A DNA stretch of 64,000 bases from Octopus sinensis (taxonomy: Eukaryota): assembly GCF_006345805.1 (NCBI RefSeq), contig NC_043017.1, positions 14,074,001 through 14,138,000 on the forward strand, in the 5' to 3' direction. The notes under the pieces are model-generated. The model ran no database searches, was not told where the DNA came from, and saw nothing but the letters and a program-made list of their open reading frames with translations. This document shows positions 38,335 through 49,589 of the stretch, piece after piece. How positions within the stretch are numbered: position 1 is the first letter of the stretch; every line of letters begins with the position of its first letter. A program made the translations under genes and the position numbers.

Positions 38335-41053
38335 TCAGGCCCAGTCAGATCTGGCAGTGTTTCTACGGCTGGATGCTCTTCCTAACGCCAACCACTCCGC
38401 GAGTGTAGTGGGTGTTTTTTACGTGCCACCAGACAGAGCTGGCGAACGGCCACGAACGGATGGTGCTTTTACGTGTCACCGGCACGGGGCCAGGCGATGC
38501 TGGCAACGGACACGAACGGATGGTGCTTTTACGTGCCACTGACACGGGGCCAGACAGAGCTGGCGACCGGCCACGAACGGACGGTGCTTTTACGTGTCAC
38601 CGGCACGGGGGCCAGCTGAGGCTGGAAACGGACGCGAACGGATGGTTCTTTTACGTGCCACCGACACGGTTGCCAGACAGAGCTGGCAAACGGCCACGAG
38701 CGGACGGTGCTTTTACGTGTCACTGACACGGGGCCAGACAGAGCTGGCAAACGGCCACGAACGGACGGTGCTTTTACGTGTCACCGGCACGGGGCCAGGC
38801 GAGGCTGGCAACGAACACGAACGGATGGTGCTTTTACGTGCCACTGACACGGGGCCAGGCAGAGCTGGCAAACGGCCACAAGCGAATGGTGCTTTTACGT
38901 ATCACCGACACGAGTGCCAGACAAGGCTGGCAGCAGACACGAACGGATGGGTCACTTAACCCCTGCTTTCTGATATATGATTTGATTTTGATTGTTCTCA
39001 CTGGTCTTGCCGGGTCTTCTCACGCACAGCATACTTCCATAGGTCTCGGTCTCTGGTCATTTCCTTGGTGAGACCTAGAGTTCGAAGGTCGTGCTTCACC
39101 ACCTCGACCCAGGTTTTCCTGGGTCTACCTCTTCCACAGGTCCCCTCAACTGCCAGGGTGTGGCACTTTTTCCCACACCTATCTTCATCCATTCTCACCA
39201 CATGACCATACCAGCGTAATCGTCTCTCTTGCACACAACATCTGATTCCTCTTAGGTCCAACTTTTCTCTCAGTACTTACACTCTGTCGACTATGAACAC
39301 TGACATTACACATCCAACAGAGCATACTAGCTTCATTTCTCGCGAGCTTACGCATGTCCTCAGCAGTCACGGCCCATGTTTCACTGCCATGTAGCATGGC
39401 TGTTCGTACACATGCATCATACAGTCTGCCTTTTACTCTGAGCGAGAGGCCTTTAGTCACCAACAGAGGTAAGAGCTCCCAAACTTTGCCCAGGCTATTC
39501 TTACTCTAGCCGTTACACTTTCAGCACACCCACCCCCACTACTGACTTGGTCACCAAGATAACGGAAGCTATCAACTACTTCTAGTTTTTACCCCTGGAA
39601 AGTGACGGAAGTTGTTTTCTGCAGATTTTCAGAGGTTAATGCTCCCGAGCATCTGCCACATACAAAAACCATCTTCCTAGTTAGCCTTCCTATGACATTG
39701 CTGCACCTCTTATGTGTCCATAGCTTACACTTGGTGCATCTTATAGAGTTTCTTCTACCTACACCTTTTCTACAGATCGAGCAGGGCCATCTACCTGAAG
39801 GCGTTTGTGATTTGTCTACCTCCTACTTATTAGGACTTTGGTTTTAGCTAGGTTGACTCTAAGGCCCTTCGATTCTAAACCATGCTTCCACACCTGAAAC
39901 TTCTTCTCCAGTTTGATAATGACTCAGCAATTAGAGCAAGGTCATCAGCATAGAGTAGCTCCCAGGGGCATCCTGTCTTGAATTCCTCCGTTATTGCCTG
40001 GAGGACTATGATAAATAGGAGGGGCTGAGGACTGAGCCTTGGTGGACCCCTACCTCTACCCGAATTCTTCACTGTACTCATTTCCAACCTCACCTTACTA
40101 GCAGCGTCCCTGTACATGGCTTTCACAGCTCTCACTAACCATTCTTCTATTCCTAGTTTCCTCATTGACCACCATATGAGGGATCGGGGGACCCTGTCGA
40201 AGGCTTTCTCCATGTCAACAAAAGCCAGGTACAGGGCCTTATCTTTGGCTAGGTATTTCTCCTGCAGCTGCCTTACCAGGAATATAGCATCAGTGGTACT
40301 TTTCCCTGGCACGAAACCAAACTGCATCTCATCTAAACTAACTCTCTCTCTAATTAGTTGGCTTATGACCCTCTCTGTAACCTTCATCACCTGATCCAAC
40401 AGCTGATACCTCTGTAATTATTTGTATCTAGGGCATCACCTTACCTTTGTAGCAGTTGACTATTATGCTGCTACACCAGTCATTGGGTATGACTCCTTCA
40501 TGTATCACCTGATTAACTATACAGGTGACTAGGCTATAGCCGACACTACCAGATATTTTGAGTATCTCTGCAGTAATTCCTGATGGGCCTGGGGCTTTCC
40601 CTGTCTTCATGCTTCTAATTGCCTTAGCTACTAAGGAACTATCAACCCTGATAGCTGGTCCCTCTGTTGGGTCAACGTTCGGCAGACTCTCTTTATCCCA
40701 TTCATTTTCTTTATTCAGCAACCTTTCATGGTGGCATCTCCAAGCCTCTCTCTTTGCATCCTCGTTTAGCGCAAGTGAACCATCTTCCATGTGAACACAC
40801 TTCTCTCCTACCACATCACAATTCTCTCTCACACACTGTCTTGCAACGCGAAACACCTCCAGTCTTTGGTCCTCACGGCGCAGAACATTGGCAAATTTTT
40901 TTCTTATCTGCTTCCCCTCTGGCTAGATAGACCTGTCTCCTAGCTTCCCTTTTAGCAGTCTGATACAGTTCCCTGCTACCACCGTTATTCCAGTGCTTCC
41001 AAGTCTGTCTCTTTTCTCTAATAGCCCTGTCTACGACACTGTTCCACCACCAC
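38335..41053 (-). mobile_element. RTE LINE copy 2 (5'-truncated, extreme 3' tip missing, about 9 VNTR units)
   Basis: Same family as copy 1; many 1-nt indels; both ends abut (TA)n. Confidence 0.93.
38410..38950. repeat. About 9 units of a 60-63-bp GC-rich VNTR in the RTE 3' UTR
   Basis: CGGA(T/C)GGTGCTTTTACGTG recurs at about 60-61-bp spacing. Confidence 0.93.
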
Positions 41054-41343
41054 ATGCATCTATATATATATATGCATCTATATATATATATGCATATATA
41101 TATATATATGCATCTATATATATATATATGCATCTATATATATATATATGCATCTATATATATATATATGCATCTATATATATATATATATGCATCTATA
41201 TATATATATATGCATCTATATATATACACATCTATATATATATACATCTATATATATACACATCTATATATATATACATCTATATATATATACATCTATA
41301 TATATATATATTATCTATATATATATATATATATATATATACA

Positions 41344-41379
<36 letters not shown>

Positions 41380-41628
41380 TATATATATACATCTATATAT
41401 ATACATCTATATATAACATCTATATATATACATCTATATATATATACATCTATATATATATACATCTATATATATATATATACTATATATATATAATCTA
41501 TATATATATATTATCTATATATATATACATCTATATATATATATATATATAATATATATATATCTATATATATATACATCTATATATATATAATATATAT
41601 ATATATATATACATCTATATATAATACA

Positions 41629-41662
<34 letters not shown>

Positions 41663-41677
41663 CTATATATATCTACA

Positions 41678-41711
<34 letters not shown>

Positions 41712-41715
41712 TATA

Positions 41716-41750
<35 letters not shown>

Positions 41751-41761
41751 ATATATATATA

Positions 41762-41797
<36 letters not shown>

Positions 41798-41806
41798 TAT
41801 TATATA

Positions 41807-41853
<47 letters not shown>

Positions 41854-42050
41854 CATGTATACATACATATACACAAATATATACAGACACACACACACAT
41901 ATATACATATATATATAATAATATACACACATGTATATATACACACATGTATATACACATATATTTACATATGCATGTGCATATATATGTACACATACAT
42001 ATATACACACATATATACATATATAGATATACACATATATATACATACAC
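41054..42050. repeat. About 1-kb (CATCTATATATA..)n/(TA)n compound microsatellite
   Basis: Seen directly. Confidence 0.95.
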
Positions 42051-43065
42051 AATAAATTCAGGGTGAATACTTGATAAGTGTAAGCACCTGTATACACCAA
42101 CTAGTAGCAGAGGTGAGAGGGTATATGCATAAAATGAAATCAAAAACAGAACACAAAGGATGTCGCGGTACACGTGTTTCAAGCTTTATAAAACGACCTA
42201 TTCTTACATCAATGTATAATCGACATAACAGATAGTTTAAAGCTCTCTTCAGCCGCATCCAATTGCTATACATCTCATTATGAAAAATCCAAAAGGTACA
42301 TTTGGTATTACTCATAATGGTAGGTATATCGAGTCTCACTGAGAAAGTTTGTTTGCAAATCTTCATAACCAAAAAGGTATGTAGGGTATCATTGGACTTT
42401 GAAAATCCATCCATATGGTATCATCAGTCAACATAGAGTGAATGTTGAATAGATTCGAGTAGGTTCATTCCTCTTGTAAGGGAAAGGAAATAAGGAGAAG
42501 GAAAGATGGAGAAAAGGAGGAAGAAAGAGAGAAAAGGTAGGGAGAGTATGGCGAGGAAAAGTAGATAGAAAGGAAGAAAGTAGAAAGAAGAGAGAAAAAG
42601 AAAATAGAAGGTGAGAGAAAAAGAAAAAGGAGAAAGGGGAAGAGAAAAGAAAAAAGAGAAGGAAAGAAAGTGGAGAAAAAGGTAATAATGTTGGGATCAC
42701 AAGTAAAAAAATATATAAATATAAATGAATATAAAACATATAAATTATAGAAATGTAATGTATAAAAATGTAAAATATAAAAATAAAAAATAAAATAAGG
42801 AAATATAAAAAGATATAAAGTAATCATAAAGATTTAAGATAAGGTGAGTAAGTGTCATAAATTACTTCTAATTATGGGGGGGGGGAATTTGGTATTGTTG
42901 TAGTGAGTGGTCAGTTTATAGCAATCTGCCGCTACATGCTTAAGTTTATCGTGTGTGTCTACATACCCATGCACCCATACATAAACCTGTTTCATACAAC
43001 TAATGATGTGTACAGATATAGGTATCTGTACACACACATAACCACACACCCATGTAAATCTCATT

Positions 43066-43100
<35 letters not shown>
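42050..43100 (-). mobile_element. PLE 3' terminal region (no ORF), related to the 28983 terminus
   Basis: Shares AATTCAGGGTGA.TACTTGATAA.TGTAAGCACCTGTATA with 28991-29030 and carries a hammerhead at an equivalent position. Confidence 0.75.
42165..42256 (-). ncRNA. Minimal type-I hammerhead ribozyme motif (stem III CACGUG), intact core
   Basis: GCGG-CUGAAGA-GAGCUUU...AAAGCUU-GAAA-C ACGU G-UA-CCGC; predicted cleavage between 42169 and 42168. Confidence 0.88.
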
Positions 43101-43106
<6 letters not shown>

Positions 43107-43361
43107 AATATGTGTGTGTGTATATGTTCACACATACACATGTATATATGTGTGTATATATGTATGTGTACATATATATGCACATGCATATGTAAATAAA
43201 TACACATACATAAATAAATACACATACATACACACATATATGTATATATATACACACATACACACCTATATATATACACATATATACACACACATATACA
43301 TATGTACATACACATATATATACACATACACACACACATATATATATATATACACATATAA

Positions 43362-43850
43362 ACGAGAAAGAAGCAACAAGAATGGATTGGTTTTTAGTAC
43401 AATTGTTTCATACAAAGACAGGCTTTATTACAAGTTGCAAAAATTGCAGCAGATAAAAGTGTCCCGTACTCATCAGCTAAAATACATTTGAGTTCTCTAG
43501 ACATCTTAGTGGGTGAGGTTATACTCATGAGATATTGGAGATAATTCCATTAAAGGCAGATATAGGTTGTAAACAGTTTTCCAAAGTTCCTTAATGATGA
43601 TGCACAGTCTTATCACAGATTTTTAAAAACTTATTAGTTTCGAAGAGAAGATGAATCAATCCATAGTGTAGATTTAAATTTTCAGAGATATGAGGAGGAT
43701 GATGCACAGACTTATCACAGGTTTTTAAAGACTTATTAGCTTCACAGAAAAGGTGAATTAATCCATAGTGAAGATTTACATTTCCAGTGGTAAGATGAGG
43801 GATTTCATACTCACAGACGATGTAGTTAACCATTTTTAATCCACAATCAT
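43362..43850 (-). mobile_element. Probable PLE-type terminal fragment with a ~101-bp internal tandem duplication (43598-43785)
   Basis: Carries a hammerhead and is flanked by TA tracts; no clear ORF. Confidence 0.55.
43392..43482 (-). ncRNA. Minimal type-I hammerhead ribozyme motif (stem III CAAUUG), intact core
   Basis: UUUUAG-CUGAUGA-GUAC...GUAU-GAAA-C AAUU G-UA-CUAAAA; 6-bp stem I; predicted cleavage between 43398 and 43397. Confidence 0.88.
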
Positions 43851-44017
43851 TTCATGCTATATGATAAGGTAATTTGCCATGTTATTGCTCTCCGTGCAAA
43901 ACTGCTATGTACTGCTATATACACATATATGTACATATACATGTACGCATCCATATACCCACACATATACACATATCCACATACCTATATATCCCCAAAT
44001 CTACAAGCACACACATG

Positions 44018-44049
<32 letters not shown>

Positions 44050-47000
44050 GGGTACATAAAGTTATCGAGGTAGTCAGAGTATGTGACAGAATATTGAAGA
44101 TTAGATTAGTGCTCCATCATAGTTTGGCAACTATTATATCGGCCTATGCCCCTCAGCCAGGGTTACCCGATGGACAGAAAGACCGTTTCTATGACACCCT
44201 ACTGCAGACCACCTCATTGACGAATAACAGGGACCTTCTCTTTGTGGCTGGTGACTTCAAGGGCATGTTGGACGATATGCTGAGGGCTTCTATGGCGTTC
44301 ATGGAGGCTATGGTTATGGTTCTCGCAATGAGGAGGGAACCAGGCTGCTGGAGTTCTGTGATGCGAATAGTCTTATGGTTTGCAACACTAACTTCAGGAA
44401 ACCAACAAGCCACCTGGTCACCTACCGTTCGGGCCAGCATACTAGCCAAATCGACTACATCCTTGCCAGAAAAAGGGAAAGATGGCTGCTTATGAATGCC
44501 AAAACCTTCCCAGGCGAAGAATGTACCCCACAACATAGAATGGTAGTCAGTGACTTTAGGATCAGGACTAAGAGGACGACTAGAAGACGACCAACATGGA
44601 GAAGAAGGGTCTGGAAGCTTAAGATCCTGCTAATGGACAGAGATTTAGAGACATGTTACTTGAAGCCTTCGACGAAATAGAAGGGGGCATAGTTACACAT
44701 GGGGTAGAAGATAACTGGGCGCTTCTAAGGGACAACCTGCTGAAAGCCACTGACCAGATCTGTGGCTGGTTCAAAGTCCCCACAAGACCCAAAATAACGT
44801 GGTGGTGGAACAATACTGTTGACAGGGCTATTAGACAAAAGAAACAGGCTTGGAAGGACTGGAAGAACGGTGGTAGCAGGGAAGTGTATCAGACTGCAAG
44901 AAGGGAAGCTAGAAGGCAGGTTTATTTAGCCAGAGGGGAAGCAGATAGGAAAAAATTTGCCAATGTCCTGCGCCGTGAGGATGAAAGACTTGAGGTATTT
45001 CGTATAGCAAGACAGTGTGTGAGAGAGAATCGTGACGTGGTAGGAGAAAAATGTGTTCGCACGGATGACGGCTCACTGCGCTAAATGAGGATGCAAAGAG
45101 AGAGGTTTGGAGAAGCCACTATGAAAGGTTGCTGAATGAGGAAAATGAATGGGATAAAGAGAGTCTGCCGAATGTTGACCCAACAGAGGGACCAGCAATC
45201 CGAGTTGACAGTTCCTTAGTAGATAAGGCAATTAAAAGCATGAAAACAGGGGGAAAGCCCCAGGCCCATCAGGAATTACTGCAGAGATGCTCAAAATATC
45301 TGGTAGTGTCGGCTATAGCCTAGTCACCGTATAGTTAACCAGGTGATACACGAAGGAGTCATTCCCGATGACTGGTGTAGCAGTATAATAGTCAGCTGCT
45401 ACAAAGGTAAAGGTGACGCCCTAGATACAAATAGCTACAGGGGTATCAAGCTGCTGGATCAGGTAATGAAGGTTACGGAGAGGGTTATAGCCCAACTAAT
45501 TAGAGAGAGAGTTAGCCTAGATCAGATGCAGTTTGGATTCGTGCCAGGGAAAAGTACTACTGATGCTATTTTCATGGTAAGACGCTGCAAGAGAAATACC
45601 TAGCCAAAGACAAGCCCCTATACCTGGCTTTTGTTGATATGGAGAAAGCCTTCGACAGGGTCCCCCGATCCCTCATCTGGTGGTCAATGAGGAAACTAGG
45701 GATAGATGAATGGTTAGTGAAAGCTGTACAAGCCATGTACAGAGATGCTGCTAGTAAGGTGAGGGTTGGCACCGAGTACAGTGAAGAATTCAGGGTAGAG
45801 GTTGGGGTCCACCAAGGTTCAGTCCTCAGTCCCCTCCTATTTATCATAGTCCTCCAGGCAATAACGGAGGAATTCAAGACAGGATGCCCCTGGGAGCTCC
45901 TCTATGCTGATGACCTTGCTCTAATTGCTGAGTCTCTATCAGAACTAGAGGAGAAGTTTCAGGTATGGAAACAAGGTTTAGAATCGAAGGGCCTTAGAAT
46001 CAACCTAGCCAAAACAAAGTCCTAATAAGTAGGAAGGTAGACCAATCACAAACGCCTTCAGGTAGATGGCCCTGCTCGATCTGTGTGAAAGGGTGTAGGG
46101 TAGAAACTCTATAAGATGCACCAAGTGTAAGCTATGGACACATAAGAGGTGCAGGCAATGTCAAAGGAAGGCTAACTAGGAAGATGGTTTTTGTATGTGG
46201 CAGATGCTCAGGAACAATTAACACTGAAGATGCTCTGAGACCAACTTCCGTCACTTTCGAGGGAGAAAAGCTAGAAGTAGTTGATAGTTTCCGTTACCTA
46301 GGTGACCAAGTCAGTAGCGGGGGCGGGTGCGCTGAGAGTATAACTGCTAGAGTAAGAATAGCCTGGGCAAAGTTTAGAGAGCTCTTACCTCTGCTGGTGA
46401 CAAAAGGCCTCTCGCTCAAAGTAAGAGGCAGACTGTATGATGCATGTGTACGTACAGCCATGCTACATGGTAGTGAAACTTGGGCTGTGACTGCTGAGGA
46501 TTTGCGTAAGCTCGCAAGAAATGAAGCTAGTATGCTCCGATGGATCGACAGAGTGTAAGTACCTTGAGAGAAAAGTTGAACCTAAGAAGTATCAGTTGTT
46601 GTGTGCAAGAGAGACGTATGCGCTGGTATGGTCATGTGATGAGAATGGCTGAAGATAGTTGTGTGCGAAAGTGCCACACCCTGGCAGTTGAGGGGACTTG
46701 TGGAAGAGGTAGACCCAGGAAAACCTGGGTCGAGGCGGCGAAGCACGACCTTCGAACTTTAGGTCTCACCAAGGAAATGAGCAGTGACCGAGACCTTTGG
46801 AGGTATGCTGTGCGTGAGAAAACCCGGCAAGACCAGTGAGAACAGTCAAAATCAAGATCAAACCAAATTGAGGTCGATCAACATCAGGGCCCCCGTGCAG
46901 GTGACACGTAAAAGTACCATCCGTTCGTAGCCGTTCGCCAGCCCTGTCTGGCCCCCGTGTAGGTGGCACGTAAAAGCACCATCCGTTCGTGCTCGTTGCC

Positions 47001-47906
47001 AGCCTGGCCTGGCCCCCGTGCCGGTGACACGTAAAAGTACCATCCGTTCGTAGCCGTTCGCCAGCCCTGTCTGGCCCCCTGTAGGTGGCACGTAAAAGCA
47101 CCATCCGTTCGTGTTCGTTGCCAGCCTGGCCTGGCCCCCGTGCCGGTGACACGTAAAAGTACCATCCGTTTGTGGCCGTTTGCCAGCTCTGTCTGGCCCC
47201 CGTGCCGGTGACACGTAAAAGCACATCCGTTCGTGCCGTTTGCCAGCTCTGTCTGGCCCCCGTGCTGGTGACACGTAAAAGCACCATCCGTTCGTGCTGT
47301 TGCCAGCCTGTCCTGGCCCCCATGTCGGTGACATGTAAAAGCACCATCCGTTCGTGTCCGTTGCCAGCCTCGCCTGGCCCCCGTGCCGGTGACACGTAAA
47401 AGCACCATCCGTTCGTGGCCGTTTGCCAGCCCTGTCTGGCCCCCATGGTCGGTGGCATGTAAAAGCACCATCCGTTCGTGCCCTTTGCCAGCCTCGCCTG
47501 GCCCCCGTGCGGTGACACGTAAAAGCACCATCCGTTTCGTGGCCGTTTGCCAGCTCTGTCTGGCCCCCGTGTTGGTGGCACGTAAAAGCACCGGTGGCAT
47601 GTAAAAGCACCATCCGTTCGTGCCCGTTGCCAGCCTCGCCTGGCCCCGTGCCGGTGACACGTAAAAGCACCATCCGTTCGTGGCCGTTTGCCAGCTCTGT
47701 CTGGCACCTGTGCAGGTGGCACGTAAAAAGCACCCACTACACTCACGGAGTGGTTGGCGTTAGGAAGGGCATCCAGCCGTAGAAACACTGCCAGATCTGA
47801 CTGGGCCTGATGAAGCCTTCCAGCTTCACAGACCCCAGTTGAACCGTCCAACCCATGCTAGCATGGAGAACGGACGCTAAATGATGATGATGATGATGAT
47901 GATGAT
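44050..47906 (+). mobile_element. RTE LINE copy 3 (5'-truncated within APE, about 14 VNTR units, (GAT)n tail)
   Basis: Begins at HKVIEVVRVCD; YADD and PHD present; many 1-nt indels; tail 47881-47906 runs into (TA)n. Confidence 0.94.
46888..47725. repeat. About 14 units of the 60-62-bp VNTR, with alternating A/B variants
   Basis: (C/T)GTAAAAG recurs at 46907, 46969, 47030, 47091, 47152, 47214, 47274, 47334, 47395 and onward. Confidence 0.95.
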
Positions 47907-47975
47907 ATATATATATATATACGTTTAAATATTTGTTGTGCAAGATTTTTTATGTGAAGTCGTGTGTTGAAACAG

Positions 47976-49574
47976 ATATTGTTATATTTCGGAATGGTCA
48001 TATCCTTCATTCATACTATGCAAAACCTATGGCCTCAAAATACCTGATCCACCGGAACTCAGCCATTGCGGGCAATGCCAAATTCAATATTTTGATGGCA
48101 GACCTCGTCAGAATAATGAGAAATGTGTCACGCATGTGCGAGCCTACAGAATTAAAGAGACACATACAGTATTTCATTCACCGCATGCAGTTCTCAGGTT
48201 ACAGCCATAAAGAAAGGGTCAGAGTATACAAAGGAGCCATGAAGAAATTTGATAATATACTATGTAATGATAGGAATGGGATTTGCCCACTCTATAGGAA
48301 CAAGTCATGGAACACTTAGAACGAGGACAAAAAAGAAAATAGGGAAGGCCAACTCTTGGTATGATAGCCATAAATACCAGAGTGTCATGTTCGTTGACAC
48401 CACCCCTGGAGGTGAACTGGCGTACCGCTTTAGAAGGACCCTAGATAAACTTAAACTAAGAATTAAGGTTGTTGAAAAGCCAGGCAACCCTATCAGATCT
48501 ATAATTGGTAAGAACCTATCCTTTTAGTAGAACTCTCTGTACGGATAACTATTGCACTGTATGTAGATTTAGCCCACAAACAAACTGTAAAGCCAGAAAT
48601 GTGGTCTATAGTATAAGATGTATAGAGGGACGATGCAGTAACAAGACAGTAACATACGTAGGGGAAACAGCAAGAAGCATTGGAGAGCGGGTGAATGAAC
48701 ATTGGAGACAACTCAAGGAAGGTAAAGCTCATCGATTCTGTACCAACACGCCGAACAAGAACACGGGGGATCAATCAATAACATAGAGATTAAGATATTG
48801 TCCACACATAGAACAGATGCAACAATTAGACAAATTACAGAAGCTACAGATATAATAGAAAATAAACTAGCCTGAATAGAAAACTAGAATGGAGCAATAG
48901 CACACACACCACAACATATGACGATAGTGGATCCTGCAAACATATAAATACACAGATAATTAAAGAAATAGAAATGAATAACTATATATATGTATATGTG
49001 TATATATATGTATATGTATATGTGTATATATGTGTGTATATATGTTATATATATATATATATAATAATATATATAATTATATATATATTTTTTTTTTCGA
49101 TTAGATTTATTATTATTATTACTAATATTGTTGTTATACATACATACAAGCAATGTAATGATAATAATGGGTGGATGTAAACACATGAACAAATTAGAAC
49201 AAACAAAAGCAACAACAACAAAAACAAAATACAAATTACAAGAATGTATATACCCAGAAGATACAAAATTACAGGCATCCCCCCCCCACACCTAATAAAC
49301 ATAGACGCACATAGAGATATAAGCATGCGCAAATGAAGACATACAATAGAAATACAAATGGCTGACGGTTAGTAAGGAGAGACACAAGTAAGTGAGAAGA
49401 AAACAAAGGACCACTGATGCGGTCACAGGAGTGGGACGAAAGAACTTTGGCCGAAATAAGATTAAGATTAATGTAAAAAATAAATATCACTGAAGCAAAA
49501 TAATACCAAATATATAGTGCGTGTGTTTTTATTGGCTAAACTGGCAATATGACCATTCCGAAATATAACAATAT
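47976..49574 (+). mobile_element. 5'-truncated Penelope-like element (second family; RT thumb + GIY-YIG) bounded by a 28-bp inverted repeat
   Basis: KPMAS..LIH..SA, CKARNVVYSIRC...YVGETARSIGERVNEH and RQITEA; frameshifted; ATATTGTTATATTTCGGAATGGTCATAT at 47976-48003 is inverted at 49547-49574. Confidence 0.88.
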
Positions 49575-49589
49575 ATATATATATATAGA

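Noticed and set aside
40993-42182. Many YIYI/HTHT/CVCV ORFs (also near 30 kb, 34 kb, 43 kb, 50.6-51.4 kb and 53.5 kb)
   Set aside because: They are translations of TA, CA and TG microsatellites.
46888-47725. CRISPR-like appearance of the 61-bp arrays (also 38410-38950)
   Set aside because: The intervening sequences are variants of each other rather than unique spacers, the array is inside a LINE 3' UTR, and there are no cas genes in this eukaryotic context.
46766-47851. Long minus-strand ORFs (361, 291 and 258 aa) over the VNTR
   Set aside because: All three frames are open because the repeat lacks stops on that strand; there is no domain content.
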